From Alphaproteobacteria bacterium (lineage in GTDB: Bacteria > Pseudomonadota > Alphaproteobacteria > JAAXGF01): 64,000 bases of DNA. The position numbers were made by a program, and so were the translations under genes. Numbering within the stretch: the stretch's first letter is position 1; each line of letters begins with the position of its first letter. The stretch is from positions 1,632,001-1,696,000 of the forward strand of contig CAUVXB020000001.1 in assembly GCA_963555825.3 (NCBI GenBank). Reading direction: 5' to 3'. Below the pieces are notes generated by a model, which was not told where the DNA came from, did no database searches, and saw nothing but the letters and a program-made list of their open reading frames with translations. Below are positions 1-9,371 of this stretch, piece by piece.

Positions 1-750
1 GGTTTGACGCCTGCGGCTCTGGTTGAGCCTGTAGCTCTCGCCATTCATCTCGAGGATGTTGACGTGGTGGGTGAGGCGGTCGAGGAGAGCGCCGGTAAGC
101 CGCTCGGAGCCGAACACCTCGGTCCATTCGTCGAACGGCAGATTGGTGGTGACCAGGGTCGAGCCCCGCTCGTAGCGCTGGCTGAACACCTCGAACAGGA
201 GCTCGGCACCGGTCTTGGACAGCGGCACGAAGCCGAGTTCGTCGACGATCAGAAGCTTGTAGGTGGCGAGCTTCTTCTGGAACCTCAGCAGCTGCTTGTC
301 ATCGCGGGCCTCGATGAGCTCGTGGACCAGTGCGGCGGCGGTGATGAAGCCGACCGAGAGGCCCTTCTGGCAGGCCGCCAAGCCGAGACCGAGGGCGATG
401 TGGGTCTTGCCGGTACCGCTGTTGCCGAGCGCGATGAGGTTCTCGCGGCGCTCGATGTACTCGCAGCGGGCCAGCTCCAGGACCAACGTCTTGTTGAGCG
501 AGGGGATGACCTTGAAGTCGAAGCTATCGAGGCTCTTGATCACGGGGAAGCGCGCCGCCTTGATGCGCCGCTCGACCATGCGGCGCTCGCGGTCGATCAG
601 CTCGAGCTCGGCAAGACGCAGAAGATAGCGAACGTGGTCGACGCCTTCCGAGGCACACTGCCGGGCGATCTTGTCGTACTCCCTCAGGAACGTCGGCAGC
701 TTCAGCCTCTTGAGGTGGTGGACGAGCAGCACCTGCCGTGTGTCGGTCAT
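1..750 (-). CDS. istB: IS21 helper AAA+ ATPase IstB (3' end cut by the window edge)
   Basis: ATG at 750 overlaps the istA stop; Walker A GNSGTGKTH and LLIVDELGF; near-identical to 45683-46447. Confidence 0.92.
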   Translation of the reverse strand, partial: MTDTRQVLLVHHLKRLKLPTFLREYDKIARQCASEGVDHVRYLLRLAELELIDRERRMVERRIKAARFPVIKSLDSFDFKVIPSLNKTLVLELARCEYIERRENLIALGNSGTGKTHIALGLGLAACQKGLSVGFITAAALVHELIEARDDKQLLRFQKKLATYKLLIVDELGFVPLSKTGAELLFEVFSQRYERGSTLVTTNLPFDEWTEVFGSERLTGALLDRLTHHVNILEMNGESYRLNQSRRRQT

Positions 751-2246
751 GCGCCGAGCCCCGACAGCAGGCTCATGTACGACTTGGCAGACGTCGTCGC
801 GACCCGGGCGCGCGGCAGGTACGGATAGACGTCGAGGTTGAGTCTGGGCGGCCGCCGCTCGATGCGGCACAGTACCAAGTGCTTCACCGCATCGAAGCCG
901 ATTGCGCCGAGCCTGAGCGCGTCGCCGACCGCACCCTCGACCTCCTCGAGCCGGAAGGTCTCCAGCAGACGGAGCACCTGGACGTACTCGCGCTTGCCCG
1001 CCTTGCCCATGCGGGCTTCGAGCAGGCGTCGCAGAGTGATGAAGGCCTCGGGCAGGTTCCAGCCCGCCAACGGCGCGGCCTGGTCGAGGGCGCCGATCTT
1101 CTGCTCGATCAAGGGTAGGTAATGCAGCGGGTCGAAGATCAGGTCCTCGCTGTCGTAGGACCGGCGGTGCCGGGCAATCACCTCCGCGCCGCAAGAGATA
1201 ACGACCTCGTCGACGTAGCACCGGATCAGCACCTCGCGGTGGCCATAGGCCACGGGCACCGAGTAGTCGTTGCCCCGGCAGCGCACCAGCGACAGCGAGC
1301 TCACCCGTCCAGGGCGCTTGTCGCAGGCATCGTATGGTGCCGGGGGTAGAGGCAAGAAGGCTTCCCGGTCCCGTGCGAGGCGCTCGCCGATGGTCTCCTT
1401 GTGACCCCGCAGCCGCGCCGCCTGGCGCCGGCGGCACTGTCCCGCGAGAGCATCGTTGAGGGCCTCGAAGCTCTCGGCCCGCGGGACGGGGACCAGGAAG
1501 TTCCGCCGGATGAAGCCGACCAGTCCCTCGACCTTGCCTTTGTCGTTGCCCTTGCCCGGCCGGCCGAACCTGTCCTCGAACAGATAGTGGGATTGAAGTT
1601 CCGTGAAGACGCGCGTTCGCTGCCGCTTCCCATCGCCCAGGATGCGGGCGACTGCCAGCTTGGTGTTGTCGTACAGGATGGAGCGGGGGACGCCGCCGAA
1701 GAACGCAACCGCCGCGTTGTGGCCATCGCAGAATGCTTCGGTCGTCTCCGCCGGATAGGCCGCAACAAAGCAACCATCACTGTGGGGAAGGTCGAAGGCA
1801 AGGAAGTGGATCTTCCGTAACGCGCCGCCGATCACCGCCATCGCTTCGCCGAAGTCCGCCTGGGCGTGACCGGGGGAATGGGAGAGTGGCACGAACACCT
1901 CACGCGACCGAAGCCCCTGCTCACGAACGTAGTCCTTCACGATGGTGTAGCCGCCCGTGAAACCGTACTCGTCCCGGAGGCGGTCGAAGATGCGCTTCGC
2001 AGTGTGCCGTTGCTTGTGGTGGCTGGTCCGATCGTCTTCCAGAATCCGATCGATGATCCCCGTGAACGGACCCAGCTTCGGCCGCCGTGGCGGCTTGCCG
2101 CGGCGATACCCCGGCGGCACCGAGAACGACAGCATCTTGCGTACCGTCTTGCGGTCCAGCCCGAACACCCGCGAGGCCTCGCGGGTGCTCATTCCCTCGA
2201 CACGACACGCCCGCCGGACCCGCGCGTACATCTCCACCCGATACAT
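747..2246 (-). CDS. istA: IS21 DDE transposase IstA
   Basis: 499-aa ORF with N-terminal HTH and AQADFG, ILYDN and KGKVEG motifs. Confidence 0.95.
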   Translation of the reverse strand: MYRVEMYARVRRACRVEGMSTREASRVFGLDRKTVRKMLSFSVPPGYRRGKPPRRPKLGPFTGIIDRILEDDRTSHHKQRHTAKRIFDRLRDEYGFTGGYTIVKDYVREQGLRSREVFVPLSHSPGHAQADFGEAMAVIGGALRKIHFLAFDLPHSDGCFVAAYPAETTEAFCDGHNAAVAFFGGVPRSILYDNTKLAVARILGDGKRQRTRVFTELQSHYLFEDRFGRPGKGNDKGKVEGLVGFIRRNFLVPVPRAESFEALNDALAGQCRRRQAARLRGHKETIGERLARDREAFLPLPPAPYDACDKRPGRVSSLSLVRCRGNDYSVPVAYGHREVLIRCYVDEVVISCGAEVIARHRRSYDSEDLIFDPLHYLPLIEQKIGALDQAAPLAGWNLPEAFITLRRLLEARMGKAGKREYVQVLRLLETFRLEEVEGAVGDALRLGAIGFDAVKHLVLCRIERRPPRLNLDVYPYLPRARVATTSAKSYMSLLSGLGA

Positions 2247-2589
2247 CCCCCCGCCTTCCAGTCAGAGCAACCCTGACAGAAGGCTATACGCGGTCCCATT
2301 TTGGTCCGCCACAGCCGGATCAACCGGCCGCTTCAGTGGGGGATTATTGCGCCGCCGTTCTCAGCCTTGCGTTCCGCCTCCTTCCGCCGCCCTTCTTCGG
2401 CCACCTTGCGCTCGGCTTCCTTGCGCTTCCGTTCGGCCTCAGCCGCTGCCTTGCGCTCGACCTCGGTCAATCGAATCTGCGCAAGTGTCGCGAAGAGACC
2501 ATTCGGGTACTGCGCCAGATAGGCCCTGTAGTCGGCCGCCCCCGCGTTGGTCTCGGCGGCATCCCACAGCGCGCGCTCGGCGGCCATGC

Positions 2590-2960
2590 GCTCGGCTTTC
2601 GCAGCCGCTTCGGCGGCGAGGCGCTCGGCCACCCTGCGCTGCGCTTCCTCGGCCGCCTTGCGCGCCGCCTCCTCGGCTGCGATGCGTTCCGCCTCCTTGC
2701 GCTGCGCTTCCTCGGCCGCCTTGCGCTCGGCCTCCCTGCGCTTCGCTTCTTCGGCCGCCTCGCGCGCCGCCTCCTCGGCTGCGATGCGTTCCGCCTCCTT
2801 GCGCTGCGCTTCCTCGGCCACCTTGCGCTCGGCTTCCTTGCGGGCCGCTTGCTCGGCGGCACGGCGCTCGCGTTCGGCGGCCTCGGCGGCGCGGCGCTCG
2901 CGTTCGGCCGCCTCGGCGGCGCGGCGCTCGCGTTCGGCCTCCTCGGCGGCGACGCGCTCG
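2590..2960 (-). repeat. Coding tandem repeats (AAEAAERERR x3; KAAEEAQRKEAERIAAEEAAR-like x2-3)
   Basis: Repeated 30-nt and longer units inside the caspase-like gene; boundaries approximate. Confidence 0.8.
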
Positions 2961-3265
2961 GCGGCGGCCAGCCGCGCGCGCGCCAGCGGGACGAATTCGC
3001 CGTCGGGGAACTTCTCGAGGTAGGCGGCGTAGTCGGCAGCGTTGGCGCTGTCCGTGATCGCCGCCCAGAACGCCAGTTCGAACGGTTTCATTCGCTCGTC
3101 CGCGCGCGTCACGGCTTCGGTGTTCAGCGCCCTGATGCGAGCCCGGGCGAGCGGGGCGAAGACGCCGGTCGGGTAGGCGTCGAGATAGGCTTGGTAGTCG
3201 TTGGCGTTCGAGCTGTCCTTGACAGCCTGCCAAAGCGTGGTCTCGGCCTGCGCGAACGTCGCTGC

Positions 3266-4919
3266 GGGTGCGAGTCTCGCATGGCAGTGATGTCTGCGGC
3301 TTGGTTCGTTGAGTTCAGGCAGCGATTGCCATGGCTGCTGCACGTGGACTGATGTTGTCGTTGGCCGGTGTGTCGGTTGCGCTGATCAGGGCCTTCCATG
3401 CCCGCTCGAAGCGGCCGGATTTGATCAGGGCGCGGAAGGTCAGAACAGCCTGTCCGCCGACGATCCGCCAGCGCATGCCGGAGCGCTTCATGCGCTGTGT
3501 CACCAGGGTCTTGTTGGCAGCTTCGACCACGCCTGAGCCGATGGCGATGCCCTCTTCCTTCAGGGCGTGGTAGCGCATGCGATGGCGATGCTTGCGGAAG
3601 AAGGCGAGTTCCCGCTCGGTCTCGGCCCGGTCCGGCGCAGCGGCGGCATCGCGAAGGTGGCGCAGCGCCCGGATCACCTTGGCGACGCCACGGGGATCGT
3701 GACGGAGGATCTCGCGGTACTTCTCGAACCAGCCGGGCGCCACGGCATGGTCGGACGCGGTTTGCAGATGTTCGCAAGCATGCCAGAAGTCGATCACCTC
3801 GGTTTCGGGCGACAGGGTCTCCAGGAAGGTCCAGTTGTCGGCGGCGCCATCGGCGATAGCGACGATCCCGATCTCGGGGCGTGCTCGCCTGATGTGTGCG
3901 ACTTCGCTTGCAAGCTGCGCCTTCAGCGTGAGCTTGCCGCTCTCCGGCATGCGGCCGAGATAGAGGGTCTTCAGGCGCTTGCCCTCGGCGTCGTGGAAGG
4001 AGACCGTGCCGCAGGCAGCCTCGCGCCAGGAGGCCTTGGCGCGACCGTCCTCGCCGGGTCTCAGCGGCACCATGACGCCGTCGAGGGAGACCGAGGCGGT
4101 GGTCGCGTCCTGCGGTATGCCCTCGGCCTCACGGATGCTGCCCAGCGTCTCCGGGCCGAGGCTCTCCCAGCATTCGTGCATGCTCAGGGTCAGGCGCTGC
4201 AGGGTGCTCACCGACGGCGTCATGGCGCCGGTCTTCGCAAAGAACGCCGCCGCTTCCCGGGCCGTGCAGTGACCCATCATCAGCAGACCGAGCTCGGCCG
4301 CCGGCCGCGTCAGGTAATCGTCGACGAGGCCCAGGCTCTCGTCGACCGGCACCGGCGATGCCCCGCTCGCGCCGCTGCGGTAACGCGCTCGCCGGTAGGT
4401 CACCGGACCGAGCGAGGTCATGATCGTCTTCGGCGTCACCGCGACCCGGAACCAGCTCTGCCCGTCCCGCTCGATCCGGGAAGCGCCATCGTCCCGGTTC
4501 TCGATGACGGCGCCCATGACATCGCGAGCGAACTCGTTCGTGGCCTCACGCACCCGCAACTCGACCTCCTCGGGCGCCTCGGGGCGCGGCTCGGAACGAA
4601 GCTCCTCGCGACACAGTGCGAGCACCCGGGCGGCCGCCTCGACGACCCGAGGAGGCAGGCCGGAAAGATCGATGGACGAAGGCGCCGGAGGCGGGGATAC
4701 TGCCATGGGAATGCTCCCGATGTTGGGTTTCGAGACACGGCATCGTACCGCTTCTGGCGGTGCGGAGCGTTCCCACCTTCCCCTGCTCGACCCTGCCGTC
4801 GTAACAAAATCCTGCCTTGGAGCGGCCCATTGTCACGAATAGCCGATTTCGGCCGTTCGTCTCGACACAAAAAACGCACTAAATCAATGACTTAGATTTT
4901 CCATACCAGACCCACACCC
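3266..4919 (-). mobile_element. ISKra4/ISLre2-like IS
   Basis: Imperfect IRs GGGTGCGAGTCT / GGGTGTGGGTCT; 8-bp duplication GTCGCTGC at 3258-3265 and 4920-4927. Confidence 0.88.
3315..4706 (-). CDS. ISKra4/ISLre2-like (UPF0236-type) transposase
   Basis: SLDG, IADGA, DFWHA and IGSGVVEAA motifs. Confidence 0.88.
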   Translation of the reverse strand: MAVSPPPAPSSIDLSGLPPRVVEAAARVLALCREELRSEPRPEAPEEVELRVREATNEFARDVMGAVIENRDDGASRIERDGQSWFRVAVTPKTIMTSLGPVTYRRARYRSGASGASPVPVDESLGLVDDYLTRPAAELGLLMMGHCTAREAAAFFAKTGAMTPSVSTLQRLTLSMHECWESLGPETLGSIREAEGIPQDATTASVSLDGVMVPLRPGEDGRAKASWREAACGTVSFHDAEGKRLKTLYLGRMPESGKLTLKAQLASEVAHIRRARPEIGIVAIADGAADNWTFLETLSPETEVIDFWHACEHLQTASDHAVAPGWFEKYREILRHDPRGVAKVIRALRHLRDAAAAPDRAETERELAFFRKHRHRMRYHALKEEGIAIGSGVVEAANKTLVTQRMKRSGMRWRIVGGQAVLTFRALIKSGRFERAWKALISATDTPANDNISPRAAAMAIAA

Positions 4920-6566
4920 GTCGCTGCCGGAGCGGTGGCGGGCGCCGGCGCCTCGGGTGCCACCGCGACCGGTGCCTGCGGCGTCACCGCGACCGGCACG
5001 AACAGGAAGTCACCGCCGTTGTGGCCCGCCATGCTGACGTCGGCGTATTCGGGCGTCTGATCGGCGTTGACGACGATCGGCCGCTTGATGGCGTCGAACA
5101 GCGCCTGGCCGTCGAGCACTTGGGTGTTGTTCTCGAGCGTGTCGAGGAAAGCCTTGGCGAACACCGAATGGCCGCCGCCGCCGGCATCGAGCACCGGCTC
5201 GAGGCCGCCCGAGGTGAGCGCCGTGCGCGAGCGCCGCGTGTTCATCCGCTCGAACCAAGCGGTGCGCTCGGCGCCCGTCTTGAGGCTCGCCGCGACGCTG
5301 CGCGTCAGCTTGCCCGAATAACACGAGTCGGCGACCACCATGACGTGCTTGGCGCGCATCGCCCTGAGCTGGGCGGAGATGGTCGCGTTCGACACCCAGT
5401 TGACCGGATTATCACTCTCGGCATCGGTCGGCAGCCAGTAACCCTCGTCCGAGCGCACATCGAGGCTGCCATGGCCAGCGTAATAGATCAGCAGATTGTC
5501 GCGCTCGGTAAGCTGCGCCCGCTTGCGCGCCAACGCCGAGATGATGTCGGCGCGCGTCGCGTCGATAAGTATCTCGACCTCGAAGCCATAGTGCCCCGAA
5601 AGCAATGCCGCCACCGCTTCGGCGTCGGCCGTTGCGGTTGCCAGGTCGTTAAGATGGTCGTAGTTGTTGTTGCCGATGACCAGCGCGTGGAAGGTGCCGA
5701 AGTCGAGCGTCGCGGCGACGGCTGCGGTGCGGCGCACGAACACCTTGTGCTCGGCCTTGTCGCCGTAGGAGCCTTCCAACATCAGGGTGAGACGGCTGCG
5801 TCCAACCGGCACCGTTCGGCGGATGCGGAACGAGCCGTCCGGCGCGACCATCACTGGCTCGCCGTTTACGGTGAGCGTAGCCTCGCCGGGAGCCATCGCC
5901 CTGCCCGAGAAATCAACCGTCTCCTGATCGGTATCGATCCGCATCGGCGCGTCGATGACAGCCAGGCTTGACTGGGCAAACCGCATGCCTTCCGGCGTAA
6001 TGACCTCGGCATTGCGAAGAATTTGGTCGCTGCTAGCGGTACCCAAACCTGCCAACGCAGGCCACGCAAAACAAAGGACCAGCGCGGCGGTTACGAAGTT
6101 CCACCTCATGTGTGTCCGCCCCTTGTCTGGATAGAATAATCCAGCGTCGCGGCAATTGGAACCCCGGACACCGGTCAGGCAATGTGCGCATGGCGCGCTC
6201 CGTTCACCGCATTGCGGCTACATCAAAACAATCCTTGCCAACAGGGAGCCGTCCACACATGGCCCAAAGCGGGCTTCGGCTGACGGACGTACATCATCGC
6301 CGCCAAGCGGATGATCTCGGGTGAAATCTCGCAAAATCCGGAACGGATTTGTCATCCACGGGGACCGCGGCGTGGGCCTCACCGGCTCAAGGTGGTTTTC
6401 CCCGACACCGTCCGAGAGGGCCTTGACCGCTTCTAATCAGCCGGCTCACGCCCAGTCAATCTGACACTGCCGTCAACCACGCTGGTATCGTACCGGCTCA
6501 ACCGATATATTTGCTGCCCGGCCTTGGATTTCGGGCCCGCTTTACCAAGGGACGAAGCGCCGCCCC

Positions 6567-7187
6567 ATGTCTGTTTATCAAGACATCAGATCGGTGAGCC
6601 CCGACCTTTCCACGCCGGATCTGCTGCGCTTCCTGATCGAGGAAAAGTTTGCCGGAGAAACGCTGGTGACCGCCTCGCTCAAGGCGCCGAGCGTGGTGGT
6701 ATTGAAATTGGTTGCCGACATCGATCCCGCAACTCCGGTGGTCTTTTGTGTCCGCGGGTTCGAGTTTCCGGAGAGCGGCGCGTACCGCAAGCGCATCGTC
6801 GAGCGACTGGGTCTCGTGAACGTGAGCCAATCCAAGGGCGGCGAGGTCGAGGTGCTGCCCGGCGACCACGACCACTGCGAGCGCATGTGGGCCGAGAGCC
6901 GGGACGGCCTGGGGCGGAGCTTCGAGATCGTCCACCTCAACCAGACCCTGGCGCCTTACAGCTGCTGGATTTCCGCGGTCTATCACATGTCCAACCCGCC
7001 CTACATCACCCATCGGGTCGACGTCGAGGGCCGGCTGATTCGCGTCGACCCGTTGATCCGCTGGACCAAGGACGACGTCCGGGCATTCATGCGCGAACAC
7101 AAGCTGCCGTTCCATCCGCGCGCTGTCCGGGACAAGCCCGCGGCGCCGCGGGAGAAACCGTCGCCTCTGCCATCTTACAACTACTGA
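6567..7187 (+). CDS. PAPS/APS reductase (CysH)-fold protein lacking the catalytic motifs
   Basis: CysH-like blocks (PVVF..G..FPE, WISAV, RVDPLIRWT.DDV..F...H.LP.HP) but no CC, CxxC or ECG motif. Confidence 0.7.
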   Translation: MSVYQDIRSVSPDLSTPDLLRFLIEEKFAGETLVTASLKAPSVVVLKLVADIDPATPVVFCVRGFEFPESGAYRKRIVERLGLVNVSQSKGGEVEVLPGDHDHCERMWAESRDGLGRSFEIVHLNQTLAPYSCWISAVYHMSNPPYITHRVDVEGRLIRVDPLIRWTKDDVRAFMREHKLPFHPRAVRDKPAAPREKPSPLPSYNY

Positions 7188-7260
7188 TATTCGGTCCCGA
7201 TCCGGTGTCCGCCTGACGCCCGTGCGCTCGACAACCATCGTCGGATCCCGGCAACTCGGT

Positions 7261-8019
7261 TCAATGGGCCACGATCCGCGCCTGACTGACCAAGCCGTTC
7301 TTTTCCGACATCACGTGCAGCTGATACATCGGCCGGTCCTTGACGCGCAGCTCGTCGATGCCCTTGCGTACATCGACCGCGACACTCGCCATGGTCGTCG
7401 CGACCGTGCCGGCCCATTGCCTTTGGGTTGGCCAGTGGACGTGCCCGCAGAGCAGCCGTTCGACCTGTGAGTGCCGGCCGACGACGGCGGCCAGTTGTTC
7501 GGCCTCCCGTGGCCGGCGGTAGCCGCCGACATAATGGTCGCCGATGTCGAACGGCGGATGATGGATGAGCAGGATTGTCGGCTTGTCCGCTGCGCCGTCG
7601 AGCACATCGCGCAGCCAAGCCTGCCGCCGCGCGCAATAGACGCCCTTTCGTTCCCCCGCGGCCGTCGAGTCGAGCGCGACCAGACGAACCGAATAATCCT
7701 CGACCGTGTATTGGAGAAAATCGCCATCCTTGGGCAGGTAGGAATGGTCGCCGAAGGCGGCGCGCAGGGCGCCACACTCATCGCGATTGCCGGGGATGAC
7801 GTAGATCGGCGCCTGCAATGGCGCCAGAATCTCGCGCACGTGTTGGTATTCCTCGGACAAGCCATGCTGCACGATGTCGCCGGTGTGGACCACCGCATCC
7901 GGCTGCTGGCGGTTGATGTCCGCGACACATCGCCGCAGGTCGTCTGCGCGACGCCGTCCCTCGTCCAGGTCCGAGGATCGCGCCAGGATGTGGGTGTCAC
8001 TGATCTGGGCAATAATCAT
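7261..8019 (-). CDS. Metallophosphoesterase, Icc/CpdA/GpdQ-like
   Basis: QISDTH, HTGD, PGNRD, HHPP and CGHVH motifs. Confidence 0.88.
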   Translation of the reverse strand: MIIAQISDTHILARSSDLDEGRRRADDLRRCVADINRQQPDAVVHTGDIVQHGLSEEYQHVREILAPLQAPIYVIPGNRDECGALRAAFGDHSYLPKDGDFLQYTVEDYSVRLVALDSTAAGERKGVYCARRQAWLRDVLDGAADKPTILLIHHPPFDIGDHYVGGYRRPREAEQLAAVVGRHSQVERLLCGHVHWPTQRQWAGTVATTMASVAVDVRKGIDELRVKDRPMYQLHVMSEKNGLVSQARIVAH

Positions 8020-8037
8020 TGGATCGAAAGAGTGCCG

Positions 8038-9210
8038 TTATCTAAGGCTGTCATAGTACGCCTGCAGGATTTCCAGTACCTCGGGCCGGCTGAACTCCGG
8101 CGGAATCGGCTCGTGGTCGGCGAACATGGCGCGCAGACGCGTACCGGAGATCGTCAGCCGGTGACGCTCGTCGTGCGGGCAGGTCCGATTGGTTGCGGTG
8201 GCGCGGCAAGTGTCGCAATAGAAGGTCACATCCAACTTCAACGGTTCGATCTCGAGGCATCCAGGATCGATGGCGTCGAAGATGTGGTGCGCGTCGAGCG
8301 GCCCGTAGTAGTCGCCAACCCCGGCATGATCGCGGCCAATCACCAAATGGGAACAGCCGAAATTCTGCCGAAACAGGGCATGCAACAGCGCTTCGCGCGG
8401 CCCCGCGTAGCGCATCTCGATCGGGTAACCGGCCTGAATGACGGTGTCCGCCACGAAATAGTTCTCGACCAGCGCATCGATTGCCCGGGCCCCGACGTCG
8501 GCCGGAATGTCGCCCGACTTGAGCTTGCCGAGAACCTGATGGATGAGCAGCCCGTCACAGACCTCGACCGCGATCTTGGCCAGATACTCGTGGCTGCGAT
8601 GCATCGGGTTGCGGGTCTGGAAGGCCGCCACCTTCGACCATCCCCGCGCCTCGAACCGGGCGCGGGTTTCGGCCGGACGGAGATAGAGGCCCGGGAACGC
8701 CTGTGGGTAAATGCCTTCGCCCAGCGCCCGCACCGGCCCCGCCAGGTTGACCTCGCCCTGGGCCATCACTTTGGCGACACCAGGGTGAGCCGGGTCCGTG
8801 GTTCGAAAGACGTTGGAGCACTCCAGCTGCCGGTCGATCACGTACTTCTCCGCGACCGTCATCACGCCCATGATCTGGCCCGATTCCTCGTCGATCAGCG
8901 CCACGTCCTCGTCGGCGCCGATACCGTCGGCCAGGTCCTGGAGACACGACAGGGTGATCGGCATCGGCCAGAACACGCCGTTCCCGAGCCTCATGTCCAG
9001 GCACACCCCGCGCCAGTCGTCGTGTCCCATGAAACCGTCGAGCGGCGTGTAGGCGCCCATCGCCATCATCACGAGATCGGAGCTCTCGCGGCTGGTCATC
9101 GGCACGGCCGTCAGCCCTGCCGCCCGATTCAGCTCCGCGACCCGTTCCGAGCCGGCGATCAACAATGGTTTGAGCGCTCCGCCGCCGTGGGGCGGAACCA
9201 GACTGGACAT
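8038..9210 (-). CDS. sat: Sulfate adenylyltransferase (ATP sulfurylase)
   Basis: [26 protein letters not shown] and GRDHAG motifs. Confidence 0.96.
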   Translation of the reverse strand: MSSLVPPHGGGALKPLLIAGSERVAELNRAAGLTAVPMTSRESSDLVMMAMGAYTPLDGFMGHDDWRGVCLDMRLGNGVFWPMPITLSCLQDLADGIGADEDVALIDEESGQIMGVMTVAEKYVIDRQLECSNVFRTTDPAHPGVAKVMAQGEVNLAGPVRALGEGIYPQAFPGLYLRPAETRARFEARGWSKVAAFQTRNPMHRSHEYLAKIAVEVCDGLLIHQVLGKLKSGDIPADVGARAIDALVENYFVADTVIQAGYPIEMRYAGPREALLHALFRQNFGCSHLVIGRDHAGVGDYYGPLDAHHIFDAIDPGCLEIEPLKLDVTFYCDTCRATATNRTCPHDERHRLTISGTRLRAMFADHEPIPPEFSRPEVLEILQAYYDSLR

Positions 9211-9371
9211 CGGAAGCGTTCCCTTCGCTCTTGGATGTTAACGGTCAGGGAGCTTTGCAAATCGGATGACGATTTCGCAAGCCCATTGTCCGTGCGGAAC
9301 CTCGGCGCGTCCGGCCACGGGCACCATCAGGGGCTTCTCATTACATCGAAGGGTTATTCGATGGTCTCCGT

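Larger units (their letters stand above)
1..2363 (-). mobile_element. IS21-family element, copy 1 (runs off the left edge of the window)
   Basis: istA-istB pair; terminus TGAGAACGGCGGCGCAATAATCCCCCAC at 2363 nearly matches the terminus of copy 2 at 49401. Confidence 0.93.
2364..6109 (-). pseudogene. Secreted caspase-like (peptidase C14) protein with helical repeats, split by an ISKra4-like IS and truncated by IS21
   Basis: Signal peptide, ALVIGNNNY, YYAGHG and VADSCYSG in 4920-6109; removing IS 3266-4919 and one 8-bp duplication joins APAAT to FAQAETTLW in frame; three Y.AYL..YP.G.F..LA repeats and an Ala/Glu/Arg coil follow. Confidence 0.85.

Noticed and set aside
2364-3343. Stand-alone TolA gene
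   Set aside because: It is the in-frame continuation of the caspase-like gene; the ORF start lies inside the IS
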